From IMG/VR virus record IMGVR_UViG_3300029288_004596, positions 152,900 through 216,899 of that record: 64,000 bases of DNA, one strand, 5' to 3'. The stretch comes from a virus. Lineage: Duplodnaviria; Caudoviricetes. The position numbers were made by a program, and so were the translations under genes. Every line of letters begins with the position of its first letter. Position 1 is the stretch's first letter. This document shows positions 32,698 to 42,098 of the stretch, in pieces. The notes beneath the pieces were generated by a model, which had not been told where the DNA came from, searched no databases, and worked only from the letters and a program-made list of their open reading frames with translations.

Positions 32698-32989
32698 CCC
32701 TAGAGAAGTGGCTAGGCTCTGCACCTACAGTATAGCCCGGCACCATAAGCATAAGCTTTATGTGCAGTGGGATATAAGCAGACAGCAGTACTTCGTGGAT
32801 CACCTCCCTATATTTAGCAATGTAAATTTGTACATAACCACTCTAGACAGCCCAGATGTGTCTGTGGCTACTCTCACAGGAGAAGTTATGGAAGCGGTCT
32901 CTCGTTTCCTGTATAACCAGTCCAAGAAGCTCGCAGAAGTTCTCCTGGACTATCCCCATGAGGATTGGGTATCCTATTGGGAAAAGTAG
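32687..32989 (+). CDS. hypothetical protein
   Basis: GGAGG SD + TTG; LYVQW...YFVDHLPIF; ends SYWEK*. Confidence 0.65.
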   Translation: MKNDPREVARLCTYSIARHHKHKLYVQWDISRQQYFVDHLPIFSNVNLYITTLDSPDVSVATLTGEVMEAVSRFLYNQSKKLAEVLLDYPHEDWVSYWEK

Positions 32990-33000
32990 AAGGGAAATCA

Positions 33001-33375
33001 ATGGAAAAATTTAAGAGTGAACGTCGCGCTGGCGTTCCAAGAAAGGTATATCCAGTGCAGCTGATAAAGAGCAGAGTCCTCTATATGAAGGGGGATGTTC
33101 TGGAAAAGGTTGGACTGCATAAGTCCAATATGGTAGATTTGTACTATGATTCTGAGAAGTCGGAGATAGGGTTGAAGTCAATCCCAGAGTCTCAGGCTTC
33201 TAAGGGATCCAGGAAACTGGCTCTCTCAGGCAGAAGTAAACAACTGAGTCTTGGTGGGGTGCTTAAGTGCGCTAATCTCAATCCTCCTCCTGGGGAGTAC
33301 GGCATGTACTACAGGAAAGGAAAGGCTATAGTTGACTTCGGAAACTATCTGGAGACGGAAGATGACAAGAACTGA
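33001..33375 (+). CDS. basic hypothetical protein
   Basis: ORF in gene run. Confidence 0.6.
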   Translation: MEKFKSERRAGVPRKVYPVQLIKSRVLYMKGDVLEKVGLHKSNMVDLYYDSEKSEIGLKSIPESQASKGSRKLALSGRSKQLSLGGVLKCANLNPPPGEYGMYYRKGKAIVDFGNYLETEDDKN

Positions 33376-33874
33376 AGTGGGAGCCCTGCTGAGTCCAGCA
33401 GTAGACTCCCTGAAGAAGGCGAGCGATTCTATTAAGTTGCATGTGGTATCCTCTTTCCCTGAAGTCAAGGAATATGAGAGGCTCAGAGAAGCTATGGGTT
33501 GCCTTTCAGCTATGGAAGACAGCCTGAAGACTGTGTTCACTATCCTCTCTGACGAAGAGGGTCAGGTGGAGGATCCCCTGCACTACAAGAACCTGGAGAC
33601 TGTAATACTTAAGGTCTTAGAAAGTTCCGGGGGAACCATGGCTAGACCGAAGGTTCATGAGGCCATCTGGAGCAAATATAGCGACTATATTACTCCAGAG
33701 CACCATGCTCTTTTCAAGGATAGAAAGACTAAGCGCTTGGATTCCCTTATAGACTTTGCCAGGAACTCCTTGAAAGACAAAGGATTAATAGAAACTGTAA
33801 GCAACTCAGCTATTGGAGTGTGGAAGATCTCCAGCGCTGGCAGAAGGTGGTTGAGAGAAAATGAAGGTAACTGA
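33362..33874 (+). CDS. winged-helix protein (Mrr N-terminal-like domain)
   Basis: ILKVLESSGG...FARNSLKDKGLI...GVWKISSAGR. Confidence 0.7.
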   Translation: MTRTEVGALLSPAVDSLKKASDSIKLHVVSSFPEVKEYERLREAMGCLSAMEDSLKTVFTILSDEEGQVEDPLHYKNLETVILKVLESSGGTMARPKVHEAIWSKYSDYITPEHHALFKDRKTKRLDSLIDFARNSLKDKGLIETVSNSAIGVWKISSAGRRWLRENEGN

Positions 33875-34121
33875 AGATCTGGTTAATAAGTTTGGCCTGC
33901 CGCAAGCGGCTTGCGGGGGCTACTTCAGACTCCACTATGAGAGAGTCGAAGGGACCAATCTCCTGACTGGAAACGCCAAGGCGGAGCTCAAACTCCCCGA
34001 TGGCAGGGTATACCAGGCGGAGAGCAAACTGAACCCCAAGGATAAGAATAGGTTCTCTAAGGAGATAGCTAGGCATATCCTTGTGGGCAGACTCAATAAA
34101 CAGGTTGAGTCTATAATATAG
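33861..34121 (+). CDS. hypothetical phage protein
   Basis: NPKDKNRFSKEIAR...GR motif. Confidence 0.65.
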   Translation: MKVTEDLVNKFGLPQAACGGYFRLHYERVEGTNLLTGNAKAELKLPDGRVYQAESKLNPKDKNRFSKEIARHILVGRLNKQVESII

Positions 34122-34168
34122 TAGGGGCTATTAAACCCCCAGTATAACAGGGAAAGGAATAGAGACTA

Positions 34169-34648
34169 ATGCTAAAGGCATCAACCCTAGTACAGTCTGT
34201 ACTTTTGGCAGTAGCGCTTTTTGCTATGGCTAAAGACTGTGACAGGAGTAGGCCCCAACCAAGGTCAGTAAAGCCTGCTGTAGTTAGGAGCACAACCCCC
34301 AAGAAGGTTGCTCCTAAGAAACTAGTAGCTAAAAGTGGGTGGCGCCAAGGGGTTGTGACCACTTATCACGACAAGTTCAATGGCAGGCATGCTTCTGATG
34401 GCTCTGTATTCTTACAGAGTAAAAGAACTGTAGCCTGTTGGAGTGGTAAGCTAGGATCTAAGATAGAGATAGTCTACAATGGTAGACATAGATCCGTGGT
34501 TAAACTCACTGATAGGGGAGGAAATCTCCATAGACAAGATAGATGGCACTTTGATGTCTCAAGAAGAGTGGCTCTCGACCTTGGCTTATACAAAGTAGAT
34601 AAGTATGGTCACACTGTTAGAACTGTGAGATGGAGGTTCATTAAGTAG
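34169..34648 (+). CDS. RlpA-like double-psi beta-barrel lytic transglycosylase
   Basis: signal peptide; YHDKFNGRHASDG-VF, TVA, VKLTDRG, DVSRRVA-DLG. Confidence 0.8.
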   Translation: MLKASTLVQSVLLAVALFAMAKDCDRSRPQPRSVKPAVVRSTTPKKVAPKKLVAKSGWRQGVVTTYHDKFNGRHASDGSVFLQSKRTVACWSGKLGSKIEIVYNGRHRSVVKLTDRGGNLHRQDRWHFDVSRRVALDLGLYKVDKYGHTVRTVRWRFIK

Positions 34649-34667
34649 CCAAACCTTAAGTATCCAT

Positions 34668-34675
34668 GCTATAAT
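34668..34675 (+). promoter_or_regulatory. extended -10 promoter element
   Basis: ATGCTATAAT in intergenic DNA before the structured leader and endonuclease. Confidence 0.55.
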
Positions 34676-34678
34676 ATA

Positions 34679-34771
34679 AGTAGAGCTAGTAAGTTCTACT
34701 GTGTTGTGGCAGTATACTAAACAAGAGTGCCCTGGTTCTAGGTTCCCACAACAGCCTAGTTCTGGGGCACT
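34679..34771 (+). ncRNA. candidate pseudoknotted leader RNA
   Basis: hairpin 34679-34700; long hairpin 34726-34771 whose loop CCACAACA is complementary to TGTTGTGG at 34702-34709. Confidence 0.5.
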
Positions 34772-34790
34772 AATAGTTTGTAGGTAAGGT

Positions 34791-35609
34791 TTGGAGACTA
34801 ATAAAGAAGTATATCCAGTATCGCCGGAAGGATATAAGAGATGTAGTAAGTGTAAGGAGATAAAGTTATTAACAGAGTTTTATAAAGACTCTCATAAGAA
34901 GAGTGGATATGACAGTCAATGTAAGTATTGTGATTCAATATCCCATGGTTACACTCCAAAAGTGTATAGAGATGATATACCTAGTGGATATAAATTATGT
35001 TCTAGTTGTAGCACTATTAAACCTGTAACGGATTTTTATAAATGCGCCAAAGAAAAGGATGGACTTAATTATACATGTAAGGCTTGTTCATCTGAGTGGA
35101 GGAAAAAGTACTATGCTGAGAACATAGAAAAAGAAAGAGAGAGGAGCAGGGTTGGCGGTAAGAGATTAAGAGCTAAGTATAGCGCTATTCAGTTTGAGTT
35201 TGGGGACACTAAAGTGTGTACAAGATGTGGAGAGGAAAAGCCGTACTTAGAATTCAATAAGAACTCCGGGAATAAGTCTGGGCTGTCTAGTTATTGTAAG
35301 GAATGTATTAGTAAACACAATAAAAAGGCTTGGAAGTCTGGGATTATTAGTAGAGATACTAGATGGAGAAGAGCAGGTATTAATATGACAGAGGAGTTAT
35401 ATGATGCTATATTAACTCAGCAGGAGGGAGTATGTGCCATTTGTGGGGCTGTTCCAAATGGTATTGCCCTGAGCGTAGACCATGACCATGAGACTGGTAA
35501 AGTTAGAGGACTTCTTTGCCATCAGTGTAATCTTATGTTGGGCAATGCCAAGGATGATATGGAGACACTCCAGAAGGGAATTGAGTACTTGGAAAGGTGG
35601 AAAGGGTGA
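34791..35609 (+). CDS. endonuclease VII-family (homing-type) nuclease with N-terminal Zn-finger repeats
   Basis: 3x KxCxxC...F-K...CKxC; CAICG, VDHDHETGKVRGLLCHQCN; AT-richer than flanks. Confidence 0.88.
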   Translation: METNKEVYPVSPEGYKRCSKCKEIKLLTEFYKDSHKKSGYDSQCKYCDSISHGYTPKVYRDDIPSGYKLCSSCSTIKPVTDFYKCAKEKDGLNYTCKACSSEWRKKYYAENIEKERERSRVGGKRLRAKYSAIQFEFGDTKVCTRCGEEKPYLEFNKNSGNKSGLSSYCKECISKHNKKAWKSGIISRDTRWRRAGINMTEELYDAILTQQEGVCAICGAVPNGIALSVDHDHETGKVRGLLCHQCNLMLGNAKDDMETLQKGIEYLERWKG

Positions 35610-35741
35610 AGAAGAAACTGTTAGTTCTTTTGGACAGGATATACTATGGGTATATTGAGGATGCCATACCAAACACAATAGCCATTATTGTTGGTGGTAT
35701 AATACTACTTTTCATCACCAGATACTTATGACAGGTGTATT

Positions 35742-35960
35742 ATGTTCTATAAGATAATCGCTTTTGGAATAACTCTAGCTATTATGTCTAGAGCAATGAG
35801 GGACAATATGTTACGTGATAGAAGAAATGACAGGGATCTCACCTTAGAGGAAAGACTAGAGAGACTAGAAAGAGAAAATAAAGAACTAAGGGATGAGATT
35901 AGAAGAGTAGACAGGAGTATACCTAGCGAGCACCCAGAGTCTTATGGTCCTTGGGAATAG
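35742..35960 (+). CDS. small membrane-anchored coiled-coil protein
   Basis: hydrophobic N-terminus; LEERLERLERENKEL. Confidence 0.6.
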   Translation: MFYKIIAFGITLAIMSRAMRDNMLRDRRNDRDLTLEERLERLERENKELRDEIRRVDRSIPSEHPESYGPWE

Positions 35961-36045
35961 ATGTATACAGATAAACAATTTTATAAGGACATAAAGAAAC
36001 ACAGAAAGAAACTCAACAAGATGATTAGGAAGGCTGTGAAAGACC

Positions 36046-36258
36046 ATGAAGCTGGGAAAACTCGGAGGTTTCCTAAACCCTAAGGTCGTGGAGTTTGTCA
36101 AGGTCCCTGGGTTCTGCAAGGACTGCGACTGCAGGATAGTGAGATATGAGAGCGGCTCAGGGTATTGCGTAGTGACCCATAGGTATGTGGCCCCAGATAA
36201 TTTCTGCGACTCCTTTAAAGAGGTCCTCCCGCCCTGCGCATTTGACGAGGATTTATGA
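36046..36258 (+). CDS. small Cys-rich protein
   Basis: CKDC...C...FCD. Confidence 0.6.
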   Translation: MKLGKLGGFLNPKVVEFVKVPGFCKDCDCRIVRYESGSGYCVVTHRYVAPDNFCDSFKEVLPPCAFDEDL

Positions 36259-36339
36259 TATAATAGTAATGGGATTTGTGTTTCATTCTTCCGATATTGC
36301 CAGGTCAAACCTGGCTCTTTTTTTCCCAAGGAGGGTCTA

Positions 36340-37470
36340 ATGACCAAGTTAGAAGAAGCCCAGAAAGTGATGGATAAGCTTAACAGAAAAAGAAAAGCCG
36401 CTTATCCCAATGACCCTAGGCCGGCTGTATTTATAGCTGGGCAAAGAAGAGACCTGCTGGATAAGATGATCATCCCATCTAATAACGAGACTATTAATAG
36501 ACTGCTCCATGGAGGATTCAAGAAGGGTTTGTTGCATCTCTTTTATGGGAATCCAAACTGTGGCAAATCCTCCGCCGCTTATGAACTCATAGCTTCGGCT
36601 CAGCAGAGGGGACTTCAATGTCTCCTTATACATACGGAGTCTGTCTTCCCAGCGGCTCAGGCTGAAGAGCTGGGAGTGAACATGGATGAACTTATCCTTG
36701 TGCAAGGGCTAACCTCAGGTGAGGAGTGCATGAATATAGTCTTTGATCTTTTGTATGACAAGGAGAAGGGATGCCCCAGGGACGCTGTGGACCTAGTGGT
36801 GATAGATTCAGTAGCTGCTCTGGTTCCAGAGTACAGCGCCAAGAAGCAGGATAAGGATGGTTTTGAAGCTGAAGAGATGGGAACTCACGCCAAGATGGTC
36901 ACCAGGATAGTCAATAGACTGTTTGGCACAGGAGCTTCCACTAACGCTGCGGTGGTGGCTATAAATCAGGTGAGGGATAATGTAAGCTCCTATGGGGGTG
37001 GAACCACTCAGGGTGGCGGACATGCTCTTAAGCACATGGCCAAGGTCATCATGAAGTTTACCGCTCCAGCCGCTGGAAAAATCTTGGATGGCAAGAAAAG
37101 AATAGGGCATATGGTCCATGTGCTGGTGGAGAAAAACTCGGCTGGTCTAGGAGGACATCCTGGAGAAGAGGCTGAGTATGCTGTCATCTACCATGAGGGT
37201 TCAGATAATCTGCAGCCTATGATAGACGCGGCTCTCAACGATGAGCTGATAGTGGAAACCTCTTCCTCCAGATATGTGATACTGCCTACCCACCCTGAGC
37301 TCATGCAGTCTTTCAACGTGTGGGGGGATGACTCCCCTCTCAAGATTCATGGGATGGCCAACTTAAAGACTATAGTGAAAGAAAGTGAAATCATAAAGAT
37401 ATTGTATGAGGTTTACCATGAGGGTAAGCCTTTAGAGGAGGTCCTAGCGGCCTATGAGTCTGAAATCTAG
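36340..37470 (+). CDS. recA: RecA-like recombinase
   Basis: GNPNCGKS, LVVIDSVAAL, INQVR, GGHALKH. Confidence 0.88.
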   Translation: MTKLEEAQKVMDKLNRKRKAAYPNDPRPAVFIAGQRRDLLDKMIIPSNNETINRLLHGGFKKGLLHLFYGNPNCGKSSAAYELIASAQQRGLQCLLIHTESVFPAAQAEELGVNMDELILVQGLTSGEECMNIVFDLLYDKEKGCPRDAVDLVVIDSVAALVPEYSAKKQDKDGFEAEEMGTHAKMVTRIVNRLFGTGASTNAAVVAINQVRDNVSSYGGGTTQGGGHALKHMAKVIMKFTAPAAGKILDGKKRIGHMVHVLVEKNSAGLGGHPGEEAEYAVIYHEGSDNLQPMIDAALNDELIVETSSSRYVILPTHPELMQSFNVWGDDSPLKIHGMANLKTIVKESEIIKILYEVYHEGKPLEEVLAAYESEI

Positions 37471-38257
37471 ATGCGATTCTTGCACTCAGTGCAACTACTG
37501 GGTGAATATGTATGGGGGAGCAGTGTTTGCGGATGGGTCCGAGGATGCCTCTGTCCTGGTGGTGGGAGAAGCCCCAGGACAGTATGAGCAAAGGACCCTG
37601 CTCCCATTTACTCACTTCCTTGAATGGAAAGCTTCAAGGTGCGTATCCTGCGTGAGGTATGAGAAGTGCTATCCTCCCAGCGTTATAAGGCAGAGAGCTT
37701 ATTTACCTGAACTGGTCTGTTCCTACGAACCAGTTTCTGACTCGAAAGTCATGGAGGACAGGGTAGCTGACAAGTCTGTGGTCCCCTACACTGTTAGCTC
37801 CCTCCTCAATGACGCCGTAGTCAAAGCTGGGTTGTCCAGGGACTGTTGGAATAACATAAGGAGGCTTTATGGGAAGGACCCTGTAAAGTCTCCTTTCTAC
37901 ATCACCAACATTGTGAAGTGCAGGCCTGTAAGGGGAGGAGAAAACAAAGCTCCTTCAGTCTCTTGCTCCGACTCCTGTATAAGATGGCTCTCTGGTCAGA
38001 TAGAGCTTATAAAACCTAAGGCTCTTCTTATACTAGGGGCTGTAGCTGGGAAGGCCTTGCTGGGCAAGTCTTTTTCTATAACCCAGAGTTCAGGGACTAT
38101 AGTTCCAGCTTCCGACTATGACCTGCCGGACTGTGTGGAAGAGGTGGGATTCTCTTTCCACCCGTCCGCTATAGAAAGAAGCCCATCTGAGAAACCCAAG
38201 ATGGTGGAGCAACTCAACTTTGTGGTTAAGGAACTGGGAAATAGGTACAAGGGATGA
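37454..38257 (+). CDS. uracil-DNA glycosylase family 4-like
   Basis: CxxC, VGEAPG, ITNIVKCRP, FHPS. Confidence 0.85.
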   Translation: MSLKSRCDSCTQCNYWVNMYGGAVFADGSEDASVLVVGEAPGQYEQRTLLPFTHFLEWKASRCVSCVRYEKCYPPSVIRQRAYLPELVCSYEPVSDSKVMEDRVADKSVVPYTVSSLLNDAVVKAGLSRDCWNNIRRLYGKDPVKSPFYITNIVKCRPVRGGENKAPSVSCSDSCIRWLSGQIELIKPKALLILGAVAGKALLGKSFSITQSSGTIVPASDYDLPDCVEEVGFSFHPSAIERSPSEKPKMVEQLNFVVKELGNRYKG

Positions 38258-38439
38258 AGTGTCACGTCTGCGGAAATACTGAAGTTGTGGGCATAGAGTA
38301 TATGGGAGTCTATGATGGAGTCTCAGAATGGCAGTGTCCTGGCTGCGGAACTAGATGGGGAAGGTGGAGCGGGAGAATTTTGTTAGGAGATGACTATGAG
38401 GACCCGAAAGAAAGGTTCAGGACCGACAAGGACGATTAG
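38254..38439 (+). CDS. small Zn-ribbon protein
   Basis: CHVCG...YDGVSEWQCPGCG-RWGRWSG. Confidence 0.7.
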   Translation: MKCHVCGNTEVVGIEYMGVYDGVSEWQCPGCGTRWGRWSGRILLGDDYEDPKERFRTDKDD

Positions 38440-38956
38440 AACCTCGGTGACTGGAGTCACCATGGGCAACAGGCAGGAGATTATAGCCCTGCTTGGAGAG
38501 AAAGACATCAGGAGACTTTATCTTATAAGAGAACCTGATAATAAGTTTGACGAGTTTGCCATTAAAGTCTGCGCCCGCATCCCCATGGAGGGCAATATTT
38601 ATTCCTGCCCAGGGTGCGGAGCCACCTATGAAACTGATGTGGACAAGTGTTCCATCTGTGGAACAGAAGTCTTTAAAGGCAAACTGGCTCAGATAGGCTA
38701 TATAAAGAATAGGGGGATAGGATGCCATGTTTGTGGATACGTGGCTACAGTAGGACCAGGGATGAGGATTCCCCAGGATTGCCCATTCTGCAATGAGCCT
38801 ATCAACAGAGAAGGGTTAGCCACCAGGCTGGCCAAGAAAATGGATGAAGGAACCGAGTATATGTGCGAGGTCCTGGAATACACTGGAGGAGGTCTGGACG
38901 AGAACGAAATCCCTCTTTCTCATGGGGTTAATATACTGATACAGGAGAAAGCATAG
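38390..38956 (+). CDS. HIRAN domain protein with two inserted Zn ribbons
   Basis: VTGVT, L-REPDNKFDEFAIKV, IGYI; CPGC..CSIC and CHVC..CPFC. Confidence 0.75.
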   Translation: MTMRTRKKGSGPTRTIRTSVTGVTMGNRQEIIALLGEKDIRRLYLIREPDNKFDEFAIKVCARIPMEGNIYSCPGCGATYETDVDKCSICGTEVFKGKLAQIGYIKNRGIGCHVCGYVATVGPGMRIPQDCPFCNEPINREGLATRLAKKMDEGTEYMCEVLEYTGGGLDENEIPLSHGVNILIQEKA

Positions 38957-39172
38957 GGAATATGATTGAGTTGTTCAAGGCCATACTCTCTTCTCAGGTA
39001 GTCAAGAGAGTGCTCTTGTCTACTACCTGCGCTTTGTTCTCTGAGATAGCCAGGATTTCCGGCAGGGAATATATGGAACTCAGGAAGATAAAGAAGTCCT
39101 GCAAAAGGAAGACTTAGAGTCCTATTGTGAGCTATAATTAAAGTGTAAGCAAACTTTAATTAGAGGTGAGCG

Positions 39173-39919
39173 ATAGAAGATTATGTAAGTTACACACAGC
39201 TTAGCATGTGCGCCAGATGTCCCCAGCAGTGGTATTTCAGGTATGTGGAGGGGATTAAGTCTCCTCCTGGTTTCGCTTTGTTAAAAGGAAGCGCTTATCA
39301 TAAGGCTCTGGAGATAAACTTTTCTCAAAAGATTGTCTCTGGGTCTGACCTGAGGAAGAATGAGCTATGGGAAGCTTTTGATTCAGAGTTTACCCAACTG
39401 CTGGGGTCAGAAACCATCTCTCCCGAACCCTTCTTAACAGAGGGGAAGGTGAGAGACTCTGGCATAGCTATGCTTGGAGCTTACTATGACAGCGGGGTTA
39501 TGAAGTCTATCTTCCCCTCCAAGGTGGAAGAGGAACTGGTGGTTCCCATTGAAGGAACTGACAAGTCTCTAAAGGCTATAATAGACCTCCAGACAACAGA
39601 TGGCAGAGTGATAGACCATAAAACTGCCAGCAAGAAATGGAATGACAAGAAGGTTGAAAAGGACATGCAGTCCACAACCTATGCTCTGGCTCTGGGAACT
39701 GAACTGGACTTTGAGTTCCATGTAGTTTCAGGAGTACAGCCTGTACTAGATATATACAAGGTAAGAAGGACTAGGGGCCACATGGAGTGGTGGAAAAGAA
39801 ACATCCATGGGTTGCTGGCTGAGATGGAGCTGGTAGCCTCAGGGAAGTTCCTCCCAAGACCTGATAACTTCTTATGCTCTCCAGACTATTGTGGATATTA
39901 TAAAATGTGTATGCCATGA
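39173..39919 (+). CDS. PD-(D/E)XK Cas4/RecB-like exonuclease (probable ATA start)
   Basis: VSYTQL..CP, GSAYH-ALE, IID, VIDHKT, Q..Y, C-terminal C..C..C; first ATG at 39206. Confidence 0.85.
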   Translation: MEDYVSYTQLSMCARCPQQWYFRYVEGIKSPPGFALLKGSAYHKALEINFSQKIVSGSDLRKNELWEAFDSEFTQLLGSETISPEPFLTEGKVRDSGIAMLGAYYDSGVMKSIFPSKVEEELVVPIEGTDKSLKAIIDLQTTDGRVIDHKTASKKWNDKKVEKDMQSTTYALALGTELDFEFHVVSGVQPVLDIYKVRRTRGHMEWWKRNIHGLLAEMELVASGKFLPRPDNFLCSPDYCGYYKMCMP

Positions 39920-39935
39920 CAGTCGTTCTCTTTTT

Positions 39936-39964
39936 GGGCGCTGGAATAAGGCGCCCTTTTTTTT
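39936..39964 (+). terminator. rho-independent terminator
   Basis: GGGCGCT...GGCGCCC followed by T8. Confidence 0.75.
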
Positions 39965-39978
39965 ATTGGAGGTAGATT

Positions 39979-40458
39979 ATGGAACATGATTTGTTTGATG
40001 TAGAACCCGGCAATGAGGAACTGCAGGAGATAAGTGACAAAGTTGTTGGCGGGTGGATTCCTATAGAATCTGTTGAATCTTTGTATGAGTACTTGGACAG
40101 GGAAGGTACTGATGGGAAGGTGGGTATCAACATTTCTCAGAAGAAAGTAGTCAAGGGTGTATTATCTTATGACAAAGAAAGTAACTTGTTGAGCTTCGAG
40201 TTTAGTGATAAGAAAACTCCTTCTACAAAAGTTGACTCGTATAACTTGTTGGAAATCTACAATGTCTCATTGTGTGATTGCTCTAAACTTGGAAAGAGTC
40301 ATGGATTTTTTATCAAGTTTGAACCTAATGAAAATTGTAAACTTGCTCCTTTTGGGTTGCCCCCGGGTGGACATCCTAAGACTTGTAAGGTCTTCTGGAA
40401 TTATGGGACGTTCTATTGTAGGGTAGAATCTCTTGGCAATAGAAAGGAGCCTGAGTAG
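39979..40458 (+). CDS. hypothetical protein
   Basis: GGAGGT SD; 159 aa ORF. Confidence 0.65.
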   Translation: MEHDLFDVEPGNEELQEISDKVVGGWIPIESVESLYEYLDREGTDGKVGINISQKKVVKGVLSYDKESNLLSFEFSDKKTPSTKVDSYNLLEIYNVSLCDCSKLGKSHGFFIKFEPNENCKLAPFGLPPGGHPKTCKVFWNYGTFYCRVESLGNRKEPE

Positions 40459-40924
40459 GATGGAAACTTATCAGCATATCTACACTATACACACCACAAC
40501 TGATGAATACAGATGTCTAAGTGGATTCGAGATGCGGGGGGATTACATAGTAGCTGATGTGCAGTTCCCTGGGGAGGATGAACAGACCATCTGGGTTCCA
40601 GTATGCAATGTTCAGTATATCTCAGATAGGAAAGAGCCTCTCCTGGAGGGTGCTATCATTTGGGAACCACACAGATAGGAGCCTCGCAATGAGTGAACTA
40701 AGTTGGAAAGAACTTGAATCCATCGAAGGGAAATCAGTAGGTTGTAATCATGAGGGTTTGGCCCTGGCCATAACAGAGACTGAGCAAGATGGGGTCAGGG
40801 GTTTCTTTATATCAGTGGCAGCCACTTTAGCTGATCCCTATGAGACCTTTGAGGAAGCGGAAGAAAAGTGCAAGGAGATAATAGCTGAGAGGGATGAACT
40901 CAAGAGACAGCATGAGGAAAGAAA

Positions 40925-41749
40925 GTGAACAAGCTGTTTTATGGTTCGGACAGAACCCTCATAACCTACGTCTATGACAGGTCAGGAATAAAAGCTGTTC
41001 CAGGGGAAGTGGGAAGTTTATTTGATGATCTTGTCCTTATAAAGTTTCCTATAGAATCTGTGTTTCTCACTCTCTCTAAGATGGATAATGTGGTAGTGTT
41101 ATATGATGGTCCATTGAGAACCCATAAGGGCTGGGACTTTGTGAAGGTTCCGGAACCCACAGATGACAATCTTATATCTATAGTCTCTTCCAACCTAAGC
41201 GGATTTGACGATTCTGTGAGAACAGTGAAAGCCGCTGTTAAACTCGCTGGGGGAGACCCATATCTGCTAGAGAACTTGGCCTTGGTTTCTCTTCTGTCAG
41301 GCGAGCCGGTTGACAAACCTGAGCCAAGCGTGTATTCTGTGATAGGGTTGGTCATGGATAGAAGGCCTGAAGCCATAGAGGCTCTCTTCGCTCAGGAGAA
41401 TATCTTTGGTTTCTTAGCCTTGTTAAGGGCCTCTATCCTTGACTTAATGGCCTTTCTTCAGGTTTACTATACTGGTAGGTTAGCCAGTCTAGAAGCCTAC
41501 TGCAGATATGGCACGGTCCCTGAGTATAGGAAAGTGGATCTTGGCAATGATTCGGTCTATGGGAGAATCAATAGATCCTGGAAGTATGAAAAGTTTAAAA
41601 GGCACGCCTTCAAGTGGAATATGAGTGAAGTCACTCAGTTCCTGGAGGCTTCTATAGCCCTGGAGGAGAAATGGAAAAGCGGAGAGTACCCAGTTACTCA
41701 TGGCTCCCTCTCTTCTCTGATATATCCGTTCCTAAGGAGGACGAAATGA
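40925..41749 (+). CDS. DNA polymerase III delta (HolA)-like clamp-loader subunit
   Basis: LFYGSD, SLF motif, helical C-terminus ending WKSG; near dnaX/dnaN. Confidence 0.6.
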   Translation: MNKLFYGSDRTLITYVYDRSGIKAVPGEVGSLFDDLVLIKFPIESVFLTLSKMDNVVVLYDGPLRTHKGWDFVKVPEPTDDNLISIVSSNLSGFDDSVRTVKAAVKLAGGDPYLLENLALVSLLSGEPVDKPEPSVYSVIGLVMDRRPEAIEALFAQENIFGFLALLRASILDLMAFLQVYYTGRLASLEAYCRYGTVPEYRKVDLGNDSVYGRINRSWKYEKFKRHAFKWNMSEVTQFLEASIALEEKWKSGEYPVTHGSLSSLIYPFLRRTK

Positions 41750-42096
41750 ACAACGTTGCGTTAGTGGGTAGGGTATCCAATGACCCTATCATAAGAACCA
41801 CACAATCTGGAGGCAAGGTAGCCTCTTTTGGCATAGCCGTTTCCAGACAGAAGAAAGAGGAAACCGATTTCTTCAATGTGGTAGCCTGGGATAAGACTGC
41901 TGACTTTATAGACAAGTACATTGTCAAGGGAAGGCTTATCTCTGTCACAGGAAGACTTCAGCAGAAGACCTGGGAGAGCGAAGGGCAGAAGAGGCATAGC
42001 GTAGAAGTTATAGCCGATAGCGTCAATCCCCTGGATAGCAAGAAGGAGCAGGCAGCTTCAGAAGATCCCTTTGCGTTAGAGGGAGAAGTTATCTAG
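41746..42096 (+). CDS. ssb: single-stranded DNA-binding protein
   Basis: MNNVALVGR...TDFFNVVAWDKTA...KGRLISVTGRLQ...EDPF. Confidence 0.92.
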   Translation: MNNVALVGRVSNDPIIRTTQSGGKVASFGIAVSRQKKEETDFFNVVAWDKTADFIDKYIVKGRLISVTGRLQQKTWESEGQKRHSVEVIADSVNPLDSKKEQAASEDPFALEGEVI

Positions 42097-42098
42097 CC

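Noticed and set aside
34649-35741. Group I intron around the endonuclease
   Set aside because: The flanking genes appear intact and no intron core elements were recognised.
39173-39919. CRISPR-associated cas4
   Set aside because: It is a solo nuclease in a replication/recombination context with no cas1/cas2 or array.
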